DNA of 64,000 nucleotides from Amphiscolops sp. MND2022. Lineage: Eukaryota. Position 1 is the first letter of the stretch. The number at the start of each line of letters is the position of its first letter. Below are positions 51,801-63,509 of this stretch, one piece after another. The notes beneath the pieces are model-generated. The model was not told where the DNA came from, did no database searches, and was given only the letters and a program-made list of their open reading frames with translations. The stretch lies in contig OZ076409.1 in assembly GCA_964187785.1 (NCBI GenBank), forward strand, positions 23,622,001 through 23,686,000. Reading direction: 5' to 3'. A program made the translations under genes and the position numbers.

Positions 51801-54800
51801 TTTTAGTGGAAAGTTCTGTTTTTATTTTACCTAAAGGGTTTGTTAGCAGATCTGACGGTAAAAATTCCAGTAAAATTTCGCCTTTTTCCGTTTTTTCCTG
51901 AAGGAAGCAAGTTTTTATGGCAAAATGTTTTGTCTTGTTATGATGGATTGAGTGTTTGCTTAGAGCTATGCATGCTTGATTGTCAACAAACACGCTCACA
52001 GGTTTCACCACAACAACTTCAAGCTCACTCAATACACCACAGACATACGACAACTCTTGTACAGCAACAGTGCAAGCATTGACTTCAGCTTCGGCTGTTG
52101 ACAGAGCAACACTAGCTTGCAACTTACTGGTCCAACACACACAACCACTCACACTGTTCAATTTCACACACACGCCACTTGTACTCTTTCTCGATGTCAA
52201 CTCACCGGCCCAATCTGCGTCAGAGAAAGCACTAACAGACACGCCACCTTCACACATTCTAAACACGGGTTCATGTTGCTTGGTTCCTTTCAAATACCTC
52301 AAAATTCGTTTTCCGGCCATCCAATGTTCTTTTGATGGATGCTCTAGGAAACTACTTAAGACGTGAGAGGCATGAGCATTGTCAGGACGACTGCTAAGTG
52401 CTAAGTAGTTCAAACTACCAACTAATCCTCTATAGTCTCGTCGTTCCATTATGCTTTGTTCGTCATAATCTTTTTCTTTGTTACTTTCTCGTTCGAACTT
52501 GGTATTTTCTGGTAACGGATTTTGTACTGGTTTACACTCTTCCATGTTGTAGCGTCTCAAAAGATCGTCAATATACTTCTCCTGACTTACTGCGATTTCG
52601 CTCTCTGTAACGTCTATCTTCATCCCGAGGAACCAATGTAATGAACTACAGTCACTCACTTCAAACTGTTCTTTCACTTTCTTCTCGAACCATCCAACAA
52701 AAGCATCCTGTCGTCCCCAATAAAGCATATCATCCACCCACACACACACAACACACACCTCATCACCAGTACCTCTCACAAACAAGCATTTGTCGTTTAT
52801 ACATGCTCGGAATCCGACTCTTTCTAGGAACATCTTTAGTGTTAAATACCAGTTGCGCCCAGACTGTTTAAGTCCGTATAAACTCTTTCGCAACTTACAG
52901 TACACGTGGTTACCTTCGTTATTTTTGACTTCAAAGCCTTCCGGTTGTTCCATGTAGATGTTCTCTTCTATGTCTGCATTCAAATATGCTGTTTTGATGT
53001 CCATCTGTCTTGGTTTTACTTGATACTGCGCTGCTAGGTTCAACAGAATCCGTATTGTAGACATTCTCGCAGTTGGTGAATAGGTTTCGAAGAAATCGCG
53101 ACCCTCAACTTGTGCAAAACCTTTCGCAACAAATCTGGCTTTGCACTTCTTGAAACTTCCGTCTTCGTTGTGTTTCATCGCAAAATGCCATTTTCCTCTC
53201 AATGGCTTAGTTTCTTTCGGTAGTTCCTCCAATGTCCAAACTTGGTTACTACACAAGGAATCGAATTCAGTTTTCATTGCTTCCTTCCACTGAGGATCAC
53301 TCAAGGCTTCTTGAACGGAACATGGTAGCTTAATCTGACTTGGTTCCTTCTTTGCATTGAATGACACTTCATCGCCCGCAACCTCTGTGCCATGAAGTTG
53401 ATTGGATGGGATGTTGTTCACACTTGGTTGACCTTCCTTGGTTCCAAAGTAAAACTCATCCTCATTAAACCTCACACTTCTTGTTTTGATCTTCTTGGTT
53501 GCGCCGTTTTCCTCTAATCCAACTATGTACGTTTTGCTGTTCTCTGCAAAACTTAGAAAGACTCCCACTTTTGCTCTCTCGTCGAATTTTTCTCTGAATT
53601 GCTTCTCCACAAAACTGTAAACTTTGCAGCCAAACACTTTTATAAAGCTTAAATTTGGCCTTTCAGCGTACATCCTCGCATATGGAGTTTGCTTGGTTGC
53701 TGAGTGTAGGAGCAAGTTTTTGATGTAAAATGCATAGTTCAGTGCGTATTTCCAATATTCTTTGTCCATGTTGGCCCGATGGATCATACACCTGGCCATT
53801 CCGCAAATTGTTCCCCACACTCTCTCAATTTTCCTATTTTCCTCCGGTGTATACGGTGCAGATGTTTCCTGTCTGATGCCTTTGTTCCTACAAAATGTCT
53901 TCATGTCACCGCCAACGAACTCTTTTGCACAATCGGTTACAAGAACTCTTGGTTTCCCTATATCTGCACTGTACTGCTAAAATTTCGCTGCTACTTCGTC
54001 ACGGCTTTTCATGAAATAAACCTTACCATAGCGACTGTAACTATCTTGGAATCCTATGGCGTACTTATGACCATCCACCGAAACTGGTGACACTGGGCCT
54101 AGGACGTCACAATGTACGTAGTCCAATGGCTCTTTGGCCCGTGTAATGCAGTCTTTGGGTACAGGTCTTCTTTTGGCTTTGTTAACCTCACACACTTCAC
54201 ACACGAACACGTCATTTTCACACACATCCATTCCAACAACATGTTCCTTTAACTTTTTCAAATCCTCCCAGTTATTATGACCCAGTCGGTCATGCCACTT
54301 ACTTAGTTTACTGGAGAGGCATGTCTCATGCTTGGTTACTCTCAAATCAGGGACTATTCTCCAAACGAACAAATTATTTCCTTGTTCTATGTGAAACTTG
54401 GTTCCATCAGACGTCGTTAAGGAGTTTTCCTCTCCGAAACGAATCTCCACCCCGACTTTCTTCAGTCGCGCTACGGACACTAGGTTTCTGTCGTACGCCG
54501 GCACGTACAACGCATCCCGCAACTCCACTCTTCTCGCGTTACCTTCGCTATCCTTTACACAGAAGACAGCACGGCCTTTTCCGCACAGTTTCGACTCCGT
54601 CTTGTTGGCACATCCAACTACTCCTTCTATCTCCTCATTCAGTTCGGCAAACAGTTTCCTGTCTTTTATCATGTGGTTCGTGCAACCACTATCTACCACC
54701 AGGTCATTACTACTCACCGCAATATCTTCATTTGCAAAGAATGAAAATTGGACCTCCTCATTTTTGCCTGAGTCATCCTGTTGCACGGCTAATCTTGCCT

Positions 54801-57800
54801 CATCGGTTCCTTGGTTGCTTTGGTTTCCTCTCAATTTGAAACAGGTACTTAAGGTGTGTCCTTTTTTCTTGCAGTGGTTACAAAATCTTTCCGGCATTCG
54901 ATGATTACTATCGCGGGAAGTCACTTGAGACGGGCAAAACTTCGCTATATGTCCTGGTTTACTGCATTTGAAACAGACGCGAGGTTGTCCAAAACTCTTA
55001 GTTTGCTTGGTCTTTGTACGTGCTTTTTGTGTACACTCAAATGATTTGTGACCTGGTCCTCCACAGAGATGACATTTAACTTCGTTACGACTGAGGAACG
55101 TGGTTTCTTCTGCTCTTGGTTTCCTTCGGTCGGTGTCGAAATTTATCAGATCCCTCTTTACCTCGTCCAAATTTTTTTGTTTCCTTGGTAAACTTTACGA
55201 GGGCACAAAATGTCTCGAAATTCTTGGGAAGACCTTTGAACAATATTGATATAAACATTTGCTCGCTTAGCGCTTCGTCCACCTGACTTAGGTTGTATTG
55301 TAGGTCTTCAGTTCTGGTAATGTAATCAACACTTGTTTCATTTTGATCTTTTCTAAGTGAGGTCAGTTTCTCAATCAGCTGCTGCAACCGAGGACGCTCA
55401 AAACTCTTAAAACGGTCGCACAAGGCTTTCCACGCAGCTGGACCTCCACCTCTGTAACTTCTTACGAACAACAGAGACTTTTTATCCAAGCATTGTACCA
55501 ATTCGCACCAGATCTTATATTTTTGTCAGCAAAAATTTCCGCCGCCTTTTCATCAGCTACCTGCCTTTCTTCTCTCGATGAACCACTTCTTGCTTTCGGT
55601 CTACAAGACTCAACACCCTCACTTCCATTCAGCACACCAAACAGTCTCAACAAATACATTCTAGCTTCAAACTGTTCACAAAACATAACAAAGTCATCCT
55701 CGCTCCCTGAAAATTTGAGACTTTCCAACTTCGTTTGGACACTCACAGCCATGACAATCAAGCATGGAACACTCACTACAAACACTCAGATAATAAATAT
55801 TATTGATTTCAAAATTCAAATAATAAAAAATTAGGCAACCATTTTTTTTATTTCGAATTGATGACAAGCTATTTACTCTACGGCAAATCTGCTAACAAAA
55901 CAAAAGTGAACTTTTTTACTATTTAGTCATTCAGAGTCTGAAACTCTAATTTTTATTTGATTTCATCATCCTGAATTGAAATGCATTTTGTTATTAAAAA
56001 AAAATCTTTTTTTAAATTCAAAGGGGAATTTCTTATATGGGAAGGGATCTAGCACTAATTAAAGAGAAAGTTCAAAGTTTTCCGTAATACTTTAAAGAGT
56101 TTTTCTGGGTTCAAAAAGTTTTAGTAAAGTTGTGAAATCCAATTGTAGAACTTTCTCTTCAACTGTCCGCAGACTCTTTTTTTCAAATTCCAACTTTTTC
56201 TTTGAAATTGTCAACTTTTCTCGCAGAAAATGTTGCTCCTCTAATGTCCCATTCAATCACTTGGGATCACAGACTCCAGTGGAATCGTTCTGGGCCACAT
56301 AACCTTATAGGTTATGTACCGAAAAGATATTTGTAATCATCATTCTTGTTAATTAATGTAAAGAACTTTAAAGAAATTTGGGCAACTGAATGCTAGTAAT
56401 GGAAATCAACAAAATGGAGGTAAATCAACTTTAAGTTTGTATCAAACCTTGATCGCACCGAAAATATAATTAATGGAAACATTAGGAAGTCAATGAAACG
56501 AATAATCTAATGCAAGAAATGAATGGATGAATCATATGTTGAAACAGCCAAATACGTTGGATGAGTGTTTTCGGCTGGACACGGCCTATCTGGCCCGATT
56601 GTTCATCATACGTTGTGTCATCGACCATTGTTAGTATTTTTCACGTATACTTGTGTCAGAATAATATTTCTGAGTCAAAAAAATCCCGTAACGAAAGTTT
56701 TAGTCGTTCTTGAATTTATTCCTTCACTTGTAATTTCCGCGAAGTCAATAGTATTACCTTTTGTAGATAGTATCGTCCTTAAGTACATCTTTATTATTGA
56801 TGGAATATACAACGTTTTACTCGTTTCACTCTTTCACCAATAGGATGAGCGGCTTCCAAAATATCAATTTCCGCATTTTCACGTATGGCTATAGCTTGTA
56901 ATTCAGTATAGTAACGCATAGTGACTGTTTGTAATTCCGCATAGTTACGCATGGTGACCGTTTGCAATTTCGCATAGTGACGCATGGTGACTGTTTGCAA
57001 TTCCGCATAGTGACGCATGGTGACTGTTTGCAATTCCGCATAGTGACGCATGGTGACTGTTTGCAATTCCGCATAGTGACGCATGGTGACTGTTTGCAAT
57101 TCCGCATAGTGACGCATGGTGACTGTTTGCAATTCCGCATAGTGACGCATGGTGACTGTTTGCAATTCCGCATAGTGACGCATGGTCTCCATTTATATTT
57201 CCGCATGATGACGCATATGCGGCATACGGAAAAACGTATGATAACGTAGGTTCTCGGTTACTCTTCAGAAATAATCTTCTTTTGTATTTGATCTCAATCT
57301 TGTTGATTTATTTTAGACAATTCCGCATTCTCTGAAGTGCACAATCAGGTCGACAACGGGTTCCGACTTTACAACCAATTCTCAGTCTTTGTATACTGCC
57401 AATTACAGAATCTGTTTCCTGACAGTTTCCTTGGCGACATAACAGACTGGGATAATTATCTAAAAATTGATCTCTCTACTGCTAATTTGCCTTTCAAAAC
57501 CCCTGCGGAATTTGTCCTAGGAGCTGATTACCAGGCTCTCATTATTACCAGCCGATTACCACGACCTAGTAAATTTGTAGAGCAGACGATGTCCTTCTGC
57601 AAAGCTTTCTGTGTTGTACTGCTCAATCACGAAGTAATTAAGTCTGATCTCCTGCGAGGACTCTCATCATTCGATCATGCTGTTCTACTTGATGGACCAG
57701 AGGAGAACTATGTCTCTGCTGTCGAAAGTCTAACAAGTTATTTTGTTTCTTGTGGATGGATGACCGCTAGCAATAAGGTTAAAGCTGTGAGCCAATACCG

Positions 57801-58425
57801 ATCATTCGCTATAAAACTTCGTGCTGAAAGTGGAATTATCAGATCTGATTGGGTTCAATTCCTCATTTCTCATTATGAAATGCAAAGTCGTCCTGAGTTG
57901 CCTCAATTATTTAGAAATGCTTGTCTATGCCTGCCGCCTGTTGTCATCGGACCTCCTAAGTTTCACGTCTCGATTCCTGGCTTGGAATCAGATGAGCATT
58001 CTTTCCGTTCCGTAGTAAGGAGTCTGCAATTGTCTTATGTCACAGTTCCCAATGTTTCCAGCTTATACAAGAGTCCGAAAACTATCAGTCGCGTGTTCCG
58101 ATTACTTGGACGAGGACCTAGCTTAATTCGCGATAAGAAATTTTCCGTGAGGAATTTCCTCAAGGGAAGTGAAGTTCGTCGCAATGCTGTATTCGGAAAA
58201 TTGGAGATATCCTACAAGAAGTCCGTGCTCCGAGGGGAAGGTTTGCCTTTATTTCTGGACATGACGTCGCCTAGTGAGAGTAGAACTCCCAGTTCCAGTA
58301 GTTCCCCCGTAACAGGGCCTTCTTTGGGGCGTGTTTCTGTTACCGTTTCCCGCTGTTCGGAAGAAGGAGTAGGAAGAAGTGCTGCTAAGAGCAAATCTAA
58401 GGCGTCCAAGGAAAAGAAGAACTAA
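48814..58425 (+). CDS. Spliced antisense cargo gene, about 1,105 aa, zinc-finger + degenerate hAT/ZNF862-like transposase; interrupted by Copia
   Basis: Exons 48814-48910, 49211-50637, 50770-51226, 51313-51458, 56548-56629 and 57317-58425 total 3318 nt with no stop once Copia is removed. All introns are GT-AG and phase-consistent; the 51226 donor is weak. Motifs: RVC...SRGVLELMAHYKTESH finger, TLSQNWDRV, LQNLFP, LSSFDHAVL, RPELPQLF..ACLCLPP. Confidence 0.7.
51532..51761 (-). repeat. Copia 3' LTR (230 bp)
   Basis: Matches 56305-56544 with about 6 substitutions and 2 indels; preceded on the minus strand by the PPT AAAAAGGGGGAG (51762-51773). Confidence 0.93.
51784..55752 (-). pseudogene. Copia gag-pol polyprotein with frameshifts and one premature stop
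   Basis: Three CX2CX4HX4C knuckles; protease VVDSGCTNHM; WHDRLGH...CEVC; integrase HCDVLG, TDCAKEF, PEEN; RT KARFVAKG, MDIKTAYL, LYGLKQS, VWVDD; RNase H FSDADWAG, VDNQAC. Breaks near 55500 and 55100-55170, and a TAG at 53977. Confidence 0.95.
56290..56304 (-). promoter_or_regulatory. Copia primer-binding site (internal tRNA-iMet type)
   Basis: The minus strand reads GGTTATGTGGCCCAG, i.e. the copia-type GGTTATGGGCCCAG with one extra base, directly next to the 5' LTR. Confidence 0.85.
56305..56544 (-). repeat. Copia 5' LTR (240 bp)
   Basis: About 97% identical to the 3' LTR; minus-strand termini TTTCAACA...CCTATAA. Confidence 0.93.
56871..57250. repeat. 33-bp phased array 3 (12 units, central 7-8 homogenised)
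   Basis: Motif starts every 33 bp from 56871 to 57234; central units are CCGCATAGTGACGCATGGTGACTGTTTGCAATT. Lies in the last intron of the cargo gene. Confidence 0.95.
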
Positions 58426-58606
58426 TTTTTTAACATAGTTTGTTATTTAATTGTACGTTTCATGTATTCTTGTTGCATACTTTGTGTTTTGTTTATTTAT
58501 ACAATTGTTGGTTCAACTGTATTAAAGGAGCAGTATTTATTTGATGAAGCTAAGACATCAAGGCTCCAGAAAAGAGATTGAACAAAAGTCTGATTGTCAG
58601 TGGTTT

Positions 58607-61600
58607 TTAGTATCTATATGAGTCTGAGTAATTGGGGTTAGGATTTGGGCGTAAGTTGTATTTTTCGCCACGAGTATTTATGGGTTCTTCTTGCAATGGG
58701 GTATTTTGTGAATTTTCTGGGGATTTTTGTGTGTTTTTTGGAACATTTTGGGTATTTTCTGGGGTTTTTATTCCAGTTGTATTGTTTTTATTTTCATGGG
58801 TTTCTTCTATAATTGGAGTATCATCAGGAATTTCTTGTGGGGTTATATTTCTATTCTCCACTTCTGGAGCAGTGGTTTGTTCCACTGGGCTCCCCCCGCT
58901 GTTTTTTGAAGAATTCGGGGAGTGAGGGCGGTTTTGCTCAGGTATTTCGATTGGAACGTATTCTATATTTTCTGTATTGAGTGTAGATTCATAAGGGCTT
59001 TCCTCAAATGGATTGGGGCCAAAGGTCGTATTCCACGATTGGGCATATAGATCGTCATGTGACACTATCATCTGGTCATCTTTTTGCCAGTCCGTTTCAC
59101 GAACGAAGATATCTGCTAGGGGTGCTTGCGGCGTAAGTTTTCGTAGGCGAATTCTGTGTAATAACTGAGTTTTATTGGTACCGAGTTTTCTGACTATATA
59201 ATTGTTGTTAGGGAGAACTTTTTCGACTTTATAAGGACCGCACCATCTGAATTCACGGAACGGAATCTTAGTCGTTTGGGTGTCTGCTTTTGGGTTTAGA
59301 ATGTAGCAGTAATCCGTAGTCTCCAGCGGGGCTGCTTTTGCTTTTCTATCGTAGTGGGCTTTGTATCTAAGATAGCACTGCATGATATTTTTCTTAGTTT
59401 GGTCTAGGAGAATCTGCATTCAGCGTTGTACTTCTTCAGCGATATCAGTTTGCGGTTGATATCGAGGATTTGCGTTGTAACTAAGTTTATAATCAAGAAT
59501 ATTATGAGGTATACGTCCGTGAAACACTCTTGAAGGTTCACAACCAAGTGATGCATGGTATGTTGTGTTGTGATTAAGGACTGCCAATGGAAGGTATTTA
59601 TGCCAGTTATTCCTAAACTCGCCTGTGGCGGCTTTTAGGTGTGTTTTGACTGAGGCATGAGTTCGTTCCAGGAGACCTATTGTTTGTGCATGCTTCATGG
59701 TAGCGTGTTTTAATTCAATTCCGAGCACACCAGCGATTTTATGTTACATGAGCATTGAATTGGGTTCCTAAGTCTGTTATGATGGTTGTTGGGAGGTAGG
59801 TGTGTTTACATAGAATGTCCATTATGACCTTTGAGACCGCTGTTGCATTAATACGGGTTGCTGGATATGCAAATAGGTATCTCGAGAAGACATCTATTGC
59901 TGTTATAATATGGTCATAGCCACCACTTGTAGGAAGGTTCGGTAGGATGTCCATTTGCAGAATGTCCTCTGGCCCTAAATCCCATTCTGGGCAATTTAGG
60001 AGTTCGGATCGGAGAAGGTCATTGTTAATGCGCTTATTTTGGATGCATGTTTGGCAGTTTGTTACCCATTTTTCATTGTATTTGGCTATACAGGGGTAAT
60101 AATATTTTTGTCTAGATTCCTGAATCATTTTTGTGATTCCTGGATGGTTAGAATTGTGACCATGTAGGGCGTGGAGGAATTCTTCCAGGAGCTGTTTCGG
60201 GAGTAGAATTTGGTAGTGTGATATTATTCCTGTGTCCGTATAGTATCTACGGGTAAGGACTTCTTGTTTTATCTCGATTCTGGTGATATTCTGGAGGTAA
60301 TGTTGGTATCGGTGGTCCGATGCTAATTCGTTTTCGTCGAAGGGGTTTCCTTCGAGTTTAGCTCGCAGGTTTCTGAATACAACATCATTATTTTGCTCAA
60401 GTCCAATTCGAGCGTTGTCTTTAAAGTGTCCTGATGAACAGGAGATTAGGCCGGAAATGGGTTTGTGGAATTGTTGAAGTTCATTAACGTCATTTTCGGG
60501 TTCATTATGTGTTTCATTTTGTGCTTTTTCGCGTACGTTGTGTTTCTCTTGCCATATTTGATTTTCGGCAACCTCATCATCTGGAAGTATGTAGATTTGT
60601 TCTTCCTCTACGATACCTGAGGATTGAATGTTGACTTCTATGGCTTTTGTGTGGATATCATTGCGAAGAGTCATCTCGAGCTTCTCTGTGGGATTGACTT
60701 CGGTTCTTGAGAGGAAATCAGCCGCAGTATTCATTGATCCAGCGACATGGGCAATAACAAAATTGTATTGTAGCACGTAATCACAAGCGTTCCAGAGGGC
60801 TGGAGGAATTAATTTTGCTTGAAAAAATCGGGTTACCGATCTGTTGTCAGTGAAGACGATGACTGGGAAAGTAGATCCCCACATCAAGTGTCCAAATTCA
60901 ACGAACGCAAAATATATTGAAAGGAATTCTTTTGCGTAAATTGACATCTTGGTTTGTGTCGGGTTGAAGGTTTTTGACCCGAAGGCTATTGGTGCATATG
61001 TTTTACGTTTTGATTGTAGTTTCTGGATTGAGTCATCTATCATGATTGCATATCCGGCTGCTGTAAAGCTTGCATCAGACATAACAATTAATTGTTTGTC
61101 TTTGAGTGGCTGTTTTAACGCTAATCGGCAAGAATTTTCCAAGAGTTTATTGAGGTTGGTGAAATCTTCTACCAGATTTGTTGGTACGTAGAATTTAGAT
61201 GTTTCTTTGAGAAGTTTGAAGAACGGAGCAAGCCGTTCCGACAGGCGGGGTATATAGTTCCTGTGATAGTTTAAGAATCCAATATACCATTGTAGCGCCT
61301 TTTTAGATTTAGGGAATCGGAGTTTTGAAATGAAATCTTTCACTTTGTTGGCTTGCGGGGAAACTCCTTCGGGTGTGATTGTTCGTCCCAGAAAGTCGAA
61401 TTGTTTAACTCCGAAATGGCATTTGGACATGGAGAGTTTCAGACCGGCGTTTCGGATGCATTCAAAGACAGTTTTGATATTGGTGCACAGTTGTTTTGTG
61501 TCATTTGCTGCTATGCCAATGTCGTCGACGTATTGGGCACATTGATCTGCTTTGATTGCTCTGTCCAGATATTCTCTCATGAAGCTGGAGAATGCAGAGA

Positions 61601-63420
61601 GAGATCTGCTGAGCCCTTGGGCCAGACGGCGATAAGCAAATGTTCTGCTAGCAAAATTAAAGGCAAGCATTTGGATTGATTGGTAGTCTGCCATTTGGAG
61701 GCAGTGGTAAGCCTGGGAGCAATCCAATTTGCAGAAAAGTTTTTTCCCTGCCATGTGTTGGGCTGCATCTGATAAGGTGCTTACCGGTTGGTTATTATTT
61801 GCATAATCTTCAGTGATGAGATTATTGATTTTTCTGAGGTCCACGAGGAGTCGGAGGCGCCCATTGGGTTTGCGTTGTGCAAAAATTGGGCTGGCGTATT
61901 TGGAAAATGGTAAAGTTGTAATTATACCATATTTGTGGAGAAGTGCAAGTTCTACTGTGATATCATCTTTCAAGTTGATTGGAGTTGGCAGACTTTGGCT
62001 GTATGCTGGTCTGTCATCATTTGGTGTTAGTTTTACCTTGAACTCACGATTTATACCTATATCAAAACGGTGTCTGGCAAAAATATCGTGAAATTCAACG
62101 AGAATCCCTTCAGTTTCCTGACGTTCGACTGGGCTGAGTGTGGTGTCGGACCAGTCGAAGTTTGAGAGGAATGCTTTCCTGGATGATTCGTTATCGTGTG
62201 GGTTCAGTTTTTAAAATTCTTTTAATTCAAGAAGTTCATTGTAGATACGTTGTTGTATGGGGGTATAAGATGCAGGATCGCCTGGATCTTCCGGAGTAGG
62301 AAACCAGTACGATTCTTGTTCAGGGTTTGGTTGTGGTACTTTTAGAAGTTCATTTATCTATACATCCGTGGTTTCCTCATGTTGTATCATGAAGGATAGC
62401 ATCGCGGGGTCAACAGGCTGTATGTGTTTGATTTGTTCGGAAGTGAGGATTTTGAAATCAGCTAAATGGGTATCGATAGTTATCGTGTAGGGTAATTCGG
62501 AAAAGTTGATAGTTTGGTACCCAATAGCGTTATTGTTGACTGTGCTAAGTGACGCTGTGATGAAAATGCTATCATGGTTTTCAAATTGAGGTGATGGTGT
62601 GACGATTCCTGTTGCGTCATGGTCCATCATTTGTGGCATTTTGCTTGCTATGGCGAGTGTTTCGCCTGGTTGTAGAGTGTAGTTATTTTCAGCAAACAAT
62701 GGTGTTGCTTGCCGGATGGACGTTTGGGTGTCAGGTTTGAGTTGCATTGAGAGATAGGGGAAGGTTAGGATGCCTTGTGTGACACCAAAAATTGCGTTGT
62801 TTCTGCGAAGGAAACACAGTCCGATTAGCGGGTTTGGCAGGTTTTTCATGATTATGAAATTTTCTTTTAACATGAAATCAGCCACTTCAATTTCTAAGAG
62901 AACGTACCAATGGGGACTTTTGATTGGCCGTTTGCCACCATGATTTGGAAGTTTGGTGGAGGACCGGTTTCTTTGATTGCTTCGCTAGCGAGCAGTTTAA
63001 TTTTGTTGAGGTCTTGTTCAGATATGGCACTTGTGAGAGCTCCGGTATCAATAAGACCATCAAGTGTGAGTTTTTCGAAATCCATCGGTTTGTAGTACAT
63101 GTGGCGTTTTCTTTTCAGTGTTAAAGAGGTGGAAATTGGTAAATACGACAGGTTGCGTTCTTTGTCAAACTGTAGATGTTCGGTGAGGTCTTCATCCAGT
63201 AAGGGTTGTTTTTGGTCATCGCAAGAAGTTTTTATGGTGACATGATTTTTAATGGGTGAATCATGGTGAGTTTCGGGGTTTGGGTCGTTTTCAGTGTGTG
63301 TTGGTTGTTTAATAAAGTAGTTGTCTGGTGCATCACGGAGAAGTTCGTATGTGTCTTCAGGTTGAGTTTCTTGTGTTGAGTGTTGAAAGTTTTGTGTTGT
63401 TTGGTGAGATTCAGGTGTTA
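58607..63420 (-). pseudogene. Gypsy pol (protease, dUTPase-like, RT, RNase H, integrase), disrupted
   Basis: LIDTGA protease; RLLVDLRKIN, LDCSQAY, LAQGL, YVDD, FLG RT motifs; SDAS, FGSK, FTDN RNase H; HALHGH..HPG...C..C zinc domain, DIL, IDVFSR, TDLG, LERTH integrase. Breaks near 63420, 62890, 62358, 59735 and 59420. Confidence 0.95.
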
Positions 63421-63509
63421 TGTTTTTGTAGGTTTTGGGTTCGGCTGATGCCGCCAGTCATCAGCAGAGTTGATTTTTTGTGGTGATTTTATGTAAAGGC
63501 GTGGCGTTT

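Larger units (their letters stand above)
51532..56544 (-). mobile_element. Ty1/Copia LTR retrotransposon (5013 bp) with 5-bp TSD CAGCC
   Basis: Direct repeats at 51532-51761 and 56305-56544. CAGCC flanks both ends (51527-51531, 56545-56549). The PBS abuts one LTR and the PPT the other. Domain order is gag-PR-IN-RT-RH. Confidence 0.95.

Noticed and set aside
51840-55834. Plus-strand ORFs over the Copia interior
   Set aside because: Antisense shadows of gag-pol with no independent motifs.
56794-57249. Repeat-peptide ORFs (MRHYAELQTVT)n and others
   Set aside because: A 33-bp unit is open in several frames automatically, and the array lies inside a phase-consistent intron.
45900-57250. Calling the 33-bp arrays CRISPR arrays
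   Set aside because: The repeat (16 bp) and spacer (17 bp) are too short, the repeats are degenerate and non-palindromic, several spacers are related, and no cas genes are present. Kept only as phased motif arrays.
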